Shown here: positions 48,724-62,804 of the stretch, piece after piece
Numbering within the stretch: the first letter of the stretch is position 1
Layout: each line of letters starts with the position of its first letter
DNA from: Eledone cirrhosa
Lineage: Eukaryota
Assembly: GCA_964016885.1 (NCBI GenBank)
Contig: OZ024740.1
Location: forward strand, 253,766,001 to 253,830,000
Reading direction: 5' to 3'
Length of the DNA: 64,000 nucleotides
The notes under the pieces: generated by a model
The model's input: the letters and a program-made list of their open reading frames with translations, nothing else
Databases searched by the model: none
What the model was told of the DNA's origin: nothing
Made by a program: the position numbers and the translations under genes

Positions 48724-51070
48724 CAGGTAAAATTCTGTTATACATCATTATAAAAAATTTTTCAGAAAAACATTTTTTTCAATCCCTGGCCACAAGCTTA
48801 TTAAAACAACAATAACAGAATCTCATTATAATGAAATTCATTACAATGAATGAAAATTGAACCCCAAGAGAAAAAAAAAATGTTGACACTCCTTTTTGCA
48901 GAATTGTCATCCAACCAAAATACTTAAACCCCAAAATGTTACTTCAAATTCCGCACATGGTATTTTTTTCTTGCACGCATGTTATTTCTACTAGCACAGA
49001 CGTGATTATTCAAATATCGATGTTCAGACACAATAGATGCGTCATTTACAAACATCTCTCTCTCTTTCTTGTTCTTAGAAGACTCAGTGAAGTTCTTAAT
49101 CTGTAATATCAGGACTAATTTAGTACAGTATTTCTACTGCAACTTTTCAATATCTTTGTTGTTATTATTTTTATTTAATATTCTATCTGCATTGTCCTCA
49201 TTCTTATCACACACTGATTTTATAATCTAAAAACATTTTTGCTATAAATCAGTAAAGAATATTTATTTGAAAAAAAAACTGATTCATTCTTACTAATTTG
49301 ATTGATCTTTGCTGACCTACCATTGAATTTGGATACTTTTGCACACACAAAGAACAAAGTAAATTGTACTGTTTTGTTTTGTTTGGGTTTTGCAAAATTT
49401 CTATTTCAGACCCACTGTGGTTTTATATAAATTATAGAAAACAAAGCAAAAAAAGGCGACATGTTTTTGTTACATGAAAAATTGAAAATTCTGAAAGCTG
49501 TTGATTCTGGGAAAGAAAGACATTGCATTATTGTTTAACATTACTCCATCGAATTTGTCCACAATTGTTAAGAATCAGTCTAAATTTAAAGAAAAATCTA
49601 AAGAGGCAAATATTGGTCCACAATGAAAATGCCTAAGGGCTGCGATGTTCAAAGATATCGACAAAGCAGTTTTTGTGTGGTTTACAAACCAGAGAGAACG
49701 AAATATACCAATTAGTGGTCTACTTTTTCAAGAGAAAGCTTTGGATATGGCGAAACTTTGGGTCACTTGGATTTTCAGGCCAGTGTCGGATGGCTGAATC
49801 AATTTCGTCATCGATTCGATATAACAGCCCGAATCATCTGTGGTGAAGGAGCTGATGTTCCAGTAGAAAAGATGATTGAGTGGAAAAAAGGGGAAATAAA
49901 AAATATTTCTTCTTACAGCAAAGAAGACATATTTAATGCAGATGAGACAGTTATTTTATATCAGTTGTTGCCTCATCAAACTCTCGCAGCCAAAGGAGAT
50001 CGCTGCAAAGGAGGAAGGAAGTCAAAACAACACTTAACTGTTCATGTTTGTTGCAACTCAACGGGAACTGAGATATTTCCTCCTTTTGTTATTGGATGAT
50101 CAAAAAACCCAAGATACTTTTAAAACATAAAGTATCTTCCAGTTAAATATGATGCCAACAAAAAGGCTTCGATGACAAGAGAATTATTTACCAACGGGTT
50201 AATTGAACTGGACAATAAAATGAGGAAGACAAAACGGAAAATATTGCTGTTGGTAGACAACTGTTATGTACATAGCAAACTGCCTTATTTAGATAATGTT
50301 AGGGTTGAGTATCTTCCACCAAATTGCACCGCAGTTTTACAACCACTGGATCTAGGCATAATACTACATCTTGAAAACTCATAACAGAAAAAAGCTGTTG
50401 AGAACAATGCTTTTTTAATATGAACAATGGTGAGGATATTCCAACAATTGATGTTAAACATGCAATTGACATGATAGTAGCAGCATAGTAGAGTGAAAAA
50501 GGATACAATTGTAAAATGTTGGCAAAAATCTGGTTTATTTACAACTTCAGAAATAGTCCTTAGTGATAAAGAAATAGATTTTGAAGTAAACAAATGTGAT
50601 GAAGAAATTCAACAGTTGTGGAATTCAGTTTCAGCTATAAAAGATTTTCCACAAAATCTAAGCTTTCAGACATTTATTACTGTAGACGATTGCTTGTTAG
50701 TATCTTATGAGCTAAGTGACTGTGATATAGCCAATGGTGTTAAGAAACCAGAAGAAAATGAAGAAATTGAATCAGGTGCTTCAGCTCAACAAAAGATAAC
50801 TTTGTCAGAAGCATATTCTTGTAATGAAAAAGTATGGCAATGCCTTTTCCCTTTCTCTGAAATATTGGATACTGTGTTACAATATATGACAGGAATTGAA
50901 GACCTTCTGTTAAGTCAAAATGTTGAATCAGCTCAATCCAAAATTATTGATGTTTCTTTTCAAAACCGAATTGTTCACATGATTCTTCAACTGATTATTC
51001 TTACATACAAATGCATGAATAAAAGTATCTTTACGATTTGTGGCTCTTTGTTATTATTCATCATTTTAAT
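48724..51070 (+). mobile_element. Degraded Tigger/pogo (CENP-B-like HTH + DDE_1) DNA transposon
   Basis: FQASVGWLNQFRHR, DIFNADET..YQLLP, GGRKSKQHLTV.VCCN.TG, ILLLVDNC..H and YLPPNCTAVLQPLDLGII. Ends uncertain. Confidence 0.88.
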
Positions 51071-51412
51071 TTAATATTCCAAATTTCAAATGAAAGAAAA
51101 TTATTCAAAAGCACGTATCTGAAACATACATTAATAGATACATACATATATATATGTGTCAGGTTACTCTTGAGTGCTACTGGTAACATGTAACCCAGTA
51201 CAACCTGTCGCATGGTCGGGTCGTCGGTGACTAAACTGGCAACCCCACCAAGATTACTTGGTGAGGAGGGTGATTTTGGACACCTTGCAGGACAAAAAAC
51301 AAAACCTGACAAAGGGCGGAAGAACTCATAAGAGTGAAAGGCCATCCAAAAATGTGTAAATATGTATATACACATGTACATATGTATGTGTATGTATATA
51401 TGTGTGTATATG

Positions 51413-54400
51413 CCTGGGGTGTCAGGGAGGGGCATGTACCTCTGTAGGGGGGCTAGCCATGCCCTTTTCAGGACAGTTCATCCTGCATTGGGTCCCACCT
51501 GACACTCAGCTCTCACCTGTGGCCCCAAGAAGCTGTAGCATGTGACAGCGGCCACACCCCGGTAAATCGCCTTGGCTGGTCTGAAACCCCCCGGTGAGTG
51601 AGATAGGGGATGCCTGCTCCTGCATGCGAAGACTGGACCCGGTGGAGTGAGTGGAGGAGGACAACGGTCACGAAGGCGGCGACAGCAAGCGGTGTGGAGC
51701 GCTAGGGCACGGCAAGTCACTACAGACGTCGTGGCCATCCACTGCAGCCAAGGAAGTTCCTGGTTGTGACGGTCCTCCGTACCACCGGATTCTGGCTTCT
51801 GCGACCGAGTGAGTGGGACCATCACTGTGCACTCGCCCTCCCACTATAAACCTTTCCCGCACAGGTTTCTTCTTTAGTGTGCACTCCCAAAGCCCTGCGG
51901 CGATGAGCGAGAGGCGGAGGTAACAGGTGGAGGTAACCTCTGGGAGTTGCCAGTCTCAAACCCACACGTGGGCGGCCTGGATGCGCAACTTGTTCTCCTC
52001 CTGACCCTGGGATGACAGAGGAGATCAGGCATTCCACCGGGCGACTGAGCAGCCCTTTTCAGGGGAGCACTGCTCAACCTCGCACGAGGGGAGGGGCGAT
52101 AAAAGCAGCCCTAACCAATTGCTTGTCCCACACAAAGCCGGCCAGTCTACCACGGTTGCCGGTTTTACATTTCCAAGTAGTCGAAACCAACACAATAGAA
52201 AGAAGAACTTGATTCTTGGCACATGGATAGGGAAACTTTGAGGCCAGAGAGAATAACTGCCCTCATAGCTCGCTACTGGATCGTCATAGCCGCCCTCAGC
52301 GAGACCAGACTCGCTGAAGAAGGATCAGTAGCAGAACCGAAAGGAGGCTACACCTTCTTCTGGAAGGGCAATGCAAAGGACGAGGACAGAATCCACGGGG
52401 TAGGCCTGGCCATCAGGACTTCGTTCTGCAAGCAGCTACCAGACCTCCCAACACCTGTGAGTGAGCGGCTGATGAAGCTCCGCTTCCCCCTTGACCCATT
52501 TCGGCATGTCACAGTCATCAGCGCGTACGCCCCCACTCTCACCAGCAGCAATGAAGCAAAGGATGCTTTCTACAGGGAACTCAACGCACACGTGAATGCC
52601 CCCCCCCCCCCCAAGTGATAAACTCATCCCACTGGGGGACTTCAACGCAAGAATCGGGTCTGACAGCAGCAACTAGAGAGGCGTGCTGGGACCTCACGAC
52701 ACAGGGAAGCTGAACTCTAACGGCCTCATATTGTTGAGTTTCTGCGCCGAGAACGACCTCACCATCACCAGCACACTGTTCCGCCAGGCAGACAAGTTCA
52801 AGACGACATGGATGCACCTCAGATCCAAACAGTGGCATCTGATTGACTTTGTCATATGCCGCAGGAGGGACATCCGTGACGTCAAAATCACCAGGGCCAT
52901 GCGTGGTGCAGAGTGTTGGACCCACCATCGCCTTGTCAGGACCATCCTGTCACTGCACATCACCCCGACGCATCGGAAGACTCCGAAAGTCTGTAGGCCA
53001 GCTTTCGACGTTGCACGACTCAAGCAGCCAGAGCATCGTGATGCGTTCGCGGAAGACCTGGACAGCCAGCTGACTGCCCATGGACCACTGACCGGACTCC
53101 CAACTCAACAGTGGGACCAGTTCAGGTCACTGGTGACAGTCAGCCAAGGCAACCATTGGGCCGAGGGAGAGAGTCCACCAGGACTGGTTTGATGAAAACG
53201 ATGAGCGCATCAGACAACTCCTGGACGAGAAGAGGAGGGCTTTCATTGAGTGACAGAATGACAGCTCCTCCACCTCGAAGCGCGACCGCTTCAAGCACCT
53301 CCAGAGGCAGACCCGAGCAGCGCTACGCAGAATGCAGGTGGGAAAAGAAGGTTGAAGAAGTCGAGAGATACGCTGACACAAAGAACTCCAAGATGTTCTT
53401 GAGCGCCATCGGGGACGTCTACGGACCCCCCCCCCCCAAGCCTGTCACCACACTGCTCCTGTCTGCTGACGGCTTGATCCTGCTGAAGGAGAAGCGCAGC
53501 ATCAACTCGAGGTGGAGAGCGCACTTCAGTAACTTGCTCAACAGGCCCTCCACTGTTGACCCTGCCGCCCTCGACCAGGTCCCACAGAAACCCGTATTCG
53601 GCAGCCTTGACCCCCCCCCCCCCCAACGTTGGATGAAGTCACGAAGGCAATCAACCAGACCAGCTCAGGAAAGGCCCCTGGGAAGAACGGGATTCCTGTC
53701 GAGATCTTCAAGTCGGCCGGTCCAGCTACCCTGGGGGCCTTCCACACCTCGTCAGCATATGGGAGGTAGAAGAGGTGCCCAAAGACTTCAGGGATGTCAC
53801 AGTTGTCTCGCTTTTTTAAGAACAAAGGCAGCAAAACTGACTGTGGCAACTATCGGGGCATTTCTCTCCTGTCCATCGCTGGGATGGTCCTGGCTCGAGT
53901 CATGCTCAACCGCCTCATTGCCAACATCTCGGAGGACAACCTGCCTGAGGCCCAGTGTGGGTTCCGCCCAAACCGCAGCACAATCGACATGATCTTCTCT
54001 GTACGCCAGGTGCAGGAGAAGTGTGTCGAGCAGAACATGGACCTCTTTGCCGTCTTCATAGACTTGATGAAGGCCTTCGACACTGTCAATAGGGAGGCCC
54101 TCTGGTTGATCCTGTTGAAGTTTGGATTCCCGACCAAGTTTGTGAACCTGATACGGCCATTCCATGACCACATGACCGGGCAGGTGCACTCGAGCAGAGA
54201 GGCATTGGAGCCGTTCGGAATCACCAATGGCGTCAAGCAAGGTTGCATGCTGGCTCCCGTCCTCTTCAACCTGTTCTTTACCCGCACACGCAATCATGCC
54301 GTAAGGGACCTTGAGCACGGACTGTATCTGCGATACAGATTGGATAGCTCCCTGATTGACCTGCGGTGCCTGACGGCCAAGACAAGGACCGTGCAGAGGA

Positions 54401-55412
54401 TCGTCCTGGAGGCACTTTTTGCTGACAACTCTGCTCTCATTCATCTCATGGCCCACAGGGAGTCTGACCTCCAAGTCATCGTCAACAAGTTTGCTGAGGC
54501 CTCCTGCCTCTTCGGTCTCACAATTAGCCTTGGCAAGACAGGTACTGTTCCAGCCTGCACCTGTCTCCATCACCCACCCTCCTTCCATCTCCATCGGAGG
54601 TACCCAGTTAAAGATGGTGGATGACTTCAAGTACCGCGGCAGTATCATCAGCAGCGATGGAAGCCTCGACAAGGAGATAAACGCCAGGATCTACAAGGCT
54701 AGTCAAGCCCTTGGCTGCCTGAGGACACACATCCTGAACTAGCAGTCCACCAAGCTCAAGGTGTACAGGGCCGGTGTTCTCACCAGCCTCCTCTACGGAT
54801 GTGAGACATGGACCCTGTACAGAAGGCACCTGAAGCAGCTGGAACGGTTCCACCTGCGCAGTCTGCGGTCAATCATGAACATCAAATGGCAGGGCAAGGT
54901 CTCCAACCTCGAAGTTCTTGACATGGCTGAGACAACCAGTGTCGAAGCTGATACCGAAGAGCCAACTTCGATGGGTAGGACATGTCATCCGGATGGACGA
55001 TCACAGGCTTCCGAAGCAACTGATGTATGGGGAACTCTGTTCGGGGAAACGAAAGTAGGGCAGGCCTTTCAAGAGGTTCAAAGACTGCGTGAAGTCCAGT
55101 ATCAACAACACTGGAATCGCCCTAAAACAACTCGAGTCCCATGCTCAGGACAGGACTGAGTGGCGAGCCCTTACCAGACGCGCCTAAGACTCTTTTGAAG
55201 AGAAGAGACTGGCAGAGGTCACTGAGGCCCGTGAAAGGAGAAAGGCATTAACAGCTGCCCCAAGCGACTCCGGTCTCTTCCCTTGCCCCCACTGTCCCCA
55301 GACCTGCAAGTCAAGGATCAGCCTCCACAGTCACCTTCGTGTCCACGGCAGACAGGAACTAAAATAAAGATGTGATCATCATTTACAATGGTCAACCAAC
55401 AGAGAGAGAGAC
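51413..55412 (+). mobile_element. Near full-length RTE/BovB-like LINE (5' UTR, APE endonuclease, RT, C-terminal C2H2), pseudogenised
   Basis: IAALSETR, GYTFFWKG, VISAYAPT, LGDFNAR, TTWMH..SKQWHLID, NYRGISLLS, QCGFRPNRSTIDMIF, GVKQGC.LAP, LFADN and CPHC...H; (AG)n tail. Confidence 0.93.
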
Positions 55413-55619
55413 ATATATATCATCATCATCATCACCGTTTAACGTCCATTTTTCCACGCTGGCATGGTTTTGATGAGTTATCCTGTTGTGAGCAATGCTA
55501 ACTCAGGTGACCATGTCGTGCTCATACAGAACCGATTTTGGCTTGGTTTCAATAGTTGGATGCCCTTCCTTGTGCCTACCTCATTTACACACATTCACAC
55601 ACACATATATATATAATAG

Positions 55620-57935
55620 AAAAAAACGGGGAAGTTTCGTTTACATATGAAAAATATTTATTGCATAAGGAACTGAAGGATGTGAAATCACGTGTGAGGC
55701 AGAGGCTTTCTCAGATGAAGGATAAGTGGTGGAGTGAGAAGGCTGATGAGATAGAACCTGCATCAGATTCCAATAACACAAAGCTGTTGTACAATCTCTT
55801 GCGTGAAGTTTATGAACCATCTTTTTCTCTGGTGACACCGCTTCGCAGCAAGGATGGCAAGGAACTTCTTCGTGACTCACAGGGAATTCTATGAAGGTGA
55901 CGAGAGCACTTTGATGAACTTTTAAATCAGCTGTCTGTCATCATTAAAAATTTCCTCAATCTCATTCCTGAAAAACCTGTGAAAGTAGCTCTCACAGAAC
56001 CACCAACGTTTGAGGAGGTTGCAGTATCTGTCTCGAAGCTGAACAGTGGAAGGTCTCCAGGTATTGATGGCATACATGCAGAGCTCTTACAATATGGTGG
56101 TGAGAGACTTCTGCGACATCTTCACTCTTTGTTTGGCAGGATATGGGCTAGTGAATCCGTACCTAAGGACTAGAGAAATGCAGTAATGGTAGTCTTGTAC
56201 AAAGGAAAGGGTAACAAGAATGATTGTGGAAACTACAGAGTATATCATTGCTTTTTGTCGTAGGAAAAATTTTATGTAGGGTGCTTCTGGACCATTTGCT
56301 GACACACATTGCAGATTGTGTTCTTCTTGAAAGTCACTCTGGTTTTCGTGCTGGGCGCGGCACTACTGATATGATGTTCTCAGCTAGACAGCTCCACGAG
56401 AAGTGCATGGAACGAGGTTTGGATCTGTATCAGGTTTTTGTCGATCTGACAAAAGCTTTCGATACTGTTAACAGAAATGCATTGTGAAAGGTTCTCCAGA
56501 AACTTGGTGGCCCTGATAAGTTCCTTGCTTTGGTCAGGTCTTTCCGTGACGACATGAAGGCTTGGGTTAATGTGAGAGGTAACATGTCGGAGCCTATCTC
56601 AGTGAAAAATGGAGTGAAGCAGGGGGATATTCCAGCACTGACCCTGTTTGCTATATACTTTGCATTCAGGAATTGCAAGCATGGTATTTACATCTACTAT
56701 CGAACCTCTGATAGAAGATTGCGATCTTGTAGCAGACAGAGATTGATATGCAGCACATTTTGAATGCATTTTCTGATGCTTGCACTGCCCAAGGATTGAC
56801 TGTCAGTGTCAAGAAAACCGTCATCATGTACCAACCTGCCCCTGGTAAGCAGTACAGTGAGCCAAATATCTATGTGTATGGTAAACGACTTGGAGTAGTT
56901 GATCAGTTTGTCTACCTGGGAAACACTGTCAATCGATACAGCAATCTTGATAATGAAATTCCACTCAGATTAGGAAAGCAAGTGATGCTTTTGGAAAGCT
57001 AGAAAGGCGACTCTGGGGTTGGCGAGACATGCAAGAAGACAAAGGTAAAGGTGTACAAGGCATACGTGCTCTCTTCTCTTCTTTATGCTTGCGAGACCTG
57101 GGTCATATATGGACACCACCTTGAACAGTTGAAATGTTTCCATCAGATGTGTCTTAGATGGATCCATGGCGTTCACTGGAGGGACCACATCAGTGATGTC
57201 CAGATTTTGGAAAGCTCTCTGTGTGAAAGTATAGAAGCTCTTGTGCCTAAGCAAAGACTCAGATGGAGTGGTCACCTTGCCAGGATGAAGGATTTTAGAA
57301 TTCCAAAACAACTCTTTTATGGGGAGTTAGTTAAAGGAAAATTACCTCCACATAAACCAAAAGAGAGGTATAAGGATTCATTGAAAGCCTCCTTGAAAGA
57401 CGCTAACATCTCTGCTGATACAAGGGAAAGTGTAGCTGCTGATCGTAATAAATGGTGAAAGACTGTATATGAGGGGAAAGTTGCTTTTGAAGCATCTCAA
57501 ATCGCATACGAGAAAGTAAAAAGGGATGTCAGGAAAGGCATTGCTGTTGCATTTCCAGACAGCAAAGGTTCTCCTATGGTGCTGCATCTGTGCAAGACTC
57601 TGCTTCAGCAAAGCTGGACTCCAAAGTCATCTTCACAGTCATAAAGTGAGACCAATGGCTGACTATCAGGCTGCTGTCGAAGATGCTGCTCATCATACCT
57701 GCCAAGCATGTGGAAGAGAGTGTAGATCAGCAGGAGGGCTCAAGCGACATGCAGAAGTACAGGAAATCCAACCACAGCCGGCTATTGCCAGTGAATGTTT
57801 TGGTTGCCAACTATGTCCAAGACAGTTTAGATCATTGGCTGGGCTTAAAAACCACATTCAATCGCAGCACCGTTAATTGTTAATATATATATATTTTTGT
57901 GCAATGACCAATCTCGATAACGATGGAGCAGCCAT
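55620..57935 (+). mobile_element. Second RTE/BovB-like LINE (different subfamily), 5'-truncated, with three C-terminal C2H2-type fingers
   Basis: SPGIDGIHAELL, GFRAGRGTTDMMF, FVDLTKAFDTV, GVKQGD, LLYACETW and RLRWSGHLARM; CARLCFSKAGLQSH, CGRECRSAGGLKRH and [14 protein letters not shown]. Confidence 0.9.
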
Positions 57936-57936
57936 A

Positions 57937-57968
<32 letters not shown>

Positions 57969-58525
57969 GTATATGTGTATATGTATGTATGTGTATATAT
58001 GTATATATTTATGTATGTGTATATATGTATATATTTATGTATGTGTATATATGCATGTGTATATATGTATGTGTGTATGTATGTATATGTGTGTATGTGT
58101 ATATATATGTATATATTTGGATATATGTATATGGATGAATATATATGTATGTATATATATGCATGTGTATATATGTATGTGTGTATGTATGTATATGTGT
58201 GTATGTGTATATATATGTATATATTTGGATATATGTATATGGATGCATATATATGTATGTATATATGTATATATGTTTATATGTATGTGTATGTATGTAT
58301 ATGTGTATATATATACATGTATGTATATGTATATATATATGTATGTATATGTGTATATATATGTATATATATATGTATGTATATGTGTATATATATGTAT
58401 ATATATATATGTATGTATATGTGTATATATATGTATGTATATATATATATATATATGTGTGTATATATATATGTATGTATATGTGTATAGTATATATGTA
58501 TGTATATGTGTATAGTATATATGTA

Positions 58526-58556
<31 letters not shown>

Positions 58557-59083
58557 GTATGTATATGTGTGTATATATATGTATGTATATGTGTATATAT
58601 ATATATATGTATATGTGTATATGTATATGTGTATATATATATATGTATGTATATGTGTATATATGTATGTATATGTGTATATATATATATATGTATGTAT
58701 ATGTGTATATATATATATATGTATGTATATGTGTATATATATATATATGTATGTATATGTGTATATATATATATGTATGTATATGTGTATATATATATAT
58801 GTATGTATATGTGTATATATATATATATGTATGTATATGTGTATATATATATATGTATGTATATGTGTATATATATATATGTATGTATATGTGTATATAT
58901 ATATATGTATGTATATGTATATATATATATGTATGTATATGTGTATATATATATATGTATGTATATGTGTATATATATATATGTATGTGTATATATATAT
59001 ATGTATGTATATGTGTATATATATATATGTGTATATATATATATGTGTATATATATATATGTGTATATATATATATATATGTA

Positions 59084-59125
<42 letters not shown>
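57937..59125. repeat. Compound (TA)/(TG)/(TATG) microsatellite
   Basis: Direct inspection; the source of spurious long ORFs. Confidence 0.97.
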
Positions 59126-59131
<6 letters not shown>

Positions 59132-59845
59132 TTAGTTAAGCAAAACAAGACCACAAACTTCACAAGGAAGACATTATTAGGTATGTCTTTCTGTACCGGG
59201 TTTTTTGTGGATTTAAGTGAGATTCTGAGTTCCTGTTTGCTCAACATGGTGACTTCTAACAGTAAATAGCTCAACTACGGGAGCTCAAGTATACACAGTT
59301 CAAGATTAACCAGTCTTAAAGAGAGAGATGGAGATGAGAGGAAAGATTGGTGAGTTAGTTAGAAGCCAAAGCGTAAAGGCATGTGCTCAATGTGCAATAT
59401 GCAGTAGAAAGCAGCTAGGTGGCTGGGTTCATGCAGAAGTTAGGTGTGCAGAGCTGGAAATATTCATTAGTTAAGCGAAACAAGACCACAAACTTCACAA
59501 GTTTACTGTGTATACTTGAGCTCCCGTAGTTGAGCTATTTACTGTTAGAAGTCACCATGTTGAGCAAACAGGAACTCAGAATCTCACTTAAGTCCATAAA
59601 AAACCCGGACAGAAAGACATACCTAATAATGTCTTCCTTGTGAAGTTTGTGGTCTTGTTTTGCTTAACTAATGAATATTTCCAGCTCTTGCACACCTAAC
59701 TTCTGCATGAACCCAGCCACCTAGCTGCTTTCTACTGCATATTGCACATTGAGAACATGCCTTTACGCTTTGGCTTCTAACTAACTCACCAATCTTTCCT
59801 CTCATCTCCATCTCTCTCTTTAAGATTGGTTACTCTTGAACTGTG
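59126..59845. mobile_element. 335-bp monomer in tandem (1.1 copies) plus an inverted, circularly permuted copy, inserted in microsatellite
   Basis: TATTCATTAGTTAAGC at 59126 and 59461; 59505-59845 is the reverse complement and reads through the unit junction. Confidence 0.8.
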
Positions 59846-60680
59846 ATTATATATATGTATGTATATGTGTATATATATATATGTATGTATATGTGTATAT
59901 ATATATATATATGTATGTATATGTGTATATATATATATGTATATGTGTATAAATGTATGTATATGTGTATATATATGTATGTATATATATATATATGTAT
60001 GTATATGTGTATATGTATATGTGTATATGTATATGTGTATATATGTATATGTATGTATATGTGTATATATATATATGTATGTATATGTGTATATGTATAT
60101 GTGTGTATATATGTATATGTGTGTATATATATATATGTATGTATATGTGTATATATATATATGTATGTATATGTGTATATATATATATATATGTATGTAT
60201 ATGTGTGTATATATATATATATGTATGTATATGTGTGTATATATATATATATATGTATGTATATGTGTGTATATATATATATATATGTATGTATATGTGT
60301 GTATATATATATATATGTATGTATATGTGTGTATATATATATATGTATGTATATGTGTGTATATATATATATATGTATGTATATGTGTGTATATATATAT
60401 ATATGTATGTATATGTGTGTATATATATATATATGTATGTATATGTGTGTATATATATATATATGTATGTATATGTGTGTATATATATATATATGTATGT
60501 ATATGTGTATATATATATATGTATGTATATGTGTATATATATATATATGTATGTATATGTGTATATATATATATGTATGTATATGTGTATATATATATAT
60601 TATATATATATATATATGTATGTATATGTATATATATATATATGTATATGTATATATATATATATGTGTATATATATGTA

Positions 60681-60761
<81 letters not shown>

Positions 60762-60782
60762 ATGTGTATATATATATATGTA

Positions 60783-60823
<41 letters not shown>

Positions 60824-60844
60824 ATGTGTATATATATATATGTA

Positions 60845-60891
<47 letters not shown>

Positions 60892-61368
60892 ATGTGTATA
60901 TTTATATATGTACGTATATGTGTATATATATATATGTATGTATATGTATGTATATATATATATATATGTATGTATATATATATATATATATGTATGTATA
61001 TATATATATATATGTATGTATATGTGTACATATATATGTATGTATATGTGTATATATATATGTATGTATATGTGTATATATATATGTATGTATATGTGTA
61101 TATATATATGTATGTATATGTGTATATATATATGTATGTATATGTGTATATATATATGTATGTATATGTGTATATATATATGTATGTATATGTGTATATA
61201 TATATGTATGTATATGTGTATATATATATGTATGTATATGTGTATATATATATGTACGTATATGTGTATATATATATGTATGTATATGTGTATATATATG
61301 TATGTATATGTGTATATATATATGTATGTATATGTGTATATATATGTATGTATATGTGTATATATGTA

Positions 61369-61399
<31 letters not shown>

Positions 61400-61878
61400 G
61401 TATGTATATGTGTATATATATATATATGTATGTATATGTGTATATATATATATGTATCTATATGTGTATATATATATATATGTATGTATATGTGTATATA
61501 TATATGCATATATATATGTATGTATATGTGTATATATATATATATGTATGTATATGTGTATGTATATGTATATATATATATATATGTATGTATATGTGTA
61601 TGTATATGTATATATATATATATATGTATGTATATGTGTATATATATATATATGTATATGTGTATACATATATGCATGTATATATATATGTATGTATGTA
61701 TATGTGTATGTATGTATATATGTGTGTATATTTGTATATGTGTATGTATGTGTATATTTGTATATGTGTATGTATGTATATATGTGTGTATATTTGTGTA
61801 TGTGTATGTATGTGTGTGTATGTATATGTATGTACGTATATGTATATATATACATACATATATATATATATACATACA
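59846..61878. repeat. Compound (TA)/(TG)/(TATG) microsatellite, ~2 kb
   Basis: Direct inspection. Confidence 0.97.
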
Positions 61879-62076
61879 CTACGGGGGCACAAACTTCCGC
61901 TGAACCTTTTTTCCCTTCAATTTATATGAAATTTAAACCATAGGTAAATGACAAGATCTGATGCCTATTCACAACAATTCAGCAAATTTCAATAATATTA
62001 AGACACCCTAATGGGGTTAAACCCCTTATAGTGAAAATGTTGGCCAATAAATGGAACAAGATGTGTTGTAACAAGA

Positions 62077-62754
62077 TTGCATGGGAACTTGATTAAAGCA
62101 ACCATTATATTCGAGACTTACAAAGGTCAGGCTCTCCTCATTCCGAGGATTCCACTTATACCAAGTGATAGGGAGTTGCCTTTTACATTTAAGAGTCTGT
62201 CGTTTCCAGTGAGGCCATGCTTTGCCATGAGCATCAATAAGAGTCAAGGTCAAACTTTCAAAACTATTGGTATAGATCTGACAAACCCATGTTTCAGTCA
62301 TGGCATGTTTTATGTGGCTGTTTCAAGGACTGGAACTTCAAAAAATCTCTACATTTTAGCCAATCAAAGTAAGACAAGAAATATTGTTTACCCTGAAGTT
62401 CTTCATTAGGACAAAGTATGAAATATATTTTCATGTATTTATTATGTTAAGAAATAAATAATTAAACTTTGAATTTCTAATTTGAAAATAATGCTTTATG
62501 AAATGATCAAGTTTTGAATTGATATTTAAAAAAAAATTATTTACAAGAAACAAAATAAGAATAAGATTTAATAATGTAATTTTGATTTGATATATTACAA
62601 AAAATAATGTTTTCCAATTTTTCATGCATTACATTTTACATTGAGTAATATGCAGAGTTTTTCTCCATAAATTATATCACTGATTTAAAATCAATCATTA
62701 TTTTCTTACAAAATAAATGTGTGAAACGCAGTAAGGCGCGGGTAATTCGGCTAG
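62077..62754 (+). mobile_element. Helitron 3' end (Pif1-like helicase C-terminus, 3' CTAG)
   Basis: LIPRIPLIP..LPF.F...FPVR.CFAMSINKSQGQT...GIDL...CFSHG..YVAVSR...TRNIVYPEVL; GC-rich subterminal stretch, then CTAG at 62751-62754 followed by T. Confidence 0.9.
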
Positions 62755-62770
62755 TATAAATATATATCTG

Positions 62771-62801
<31 letters not shown>

Positions 62802-62804
62802 GTA

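Noticed and set aside
49758-51074. Domesticated TIGD/CENP-B gene
   Set aside because: Multiple stops and frameshifts; a decayed transposon.
57877-61943. Long ORFs of 200-690 aa (YIYICM/IHIYT repeats)
   Set aside because: They are translations of stop-free TA/TG microsatellite in several frames, not genes.
62077-62409. Host PIF1 helicase gene
   Set aside because: Intronless C-terminal fragment ending in the Helitron-type NIVYPEVL, followed by a CTAG terminus.
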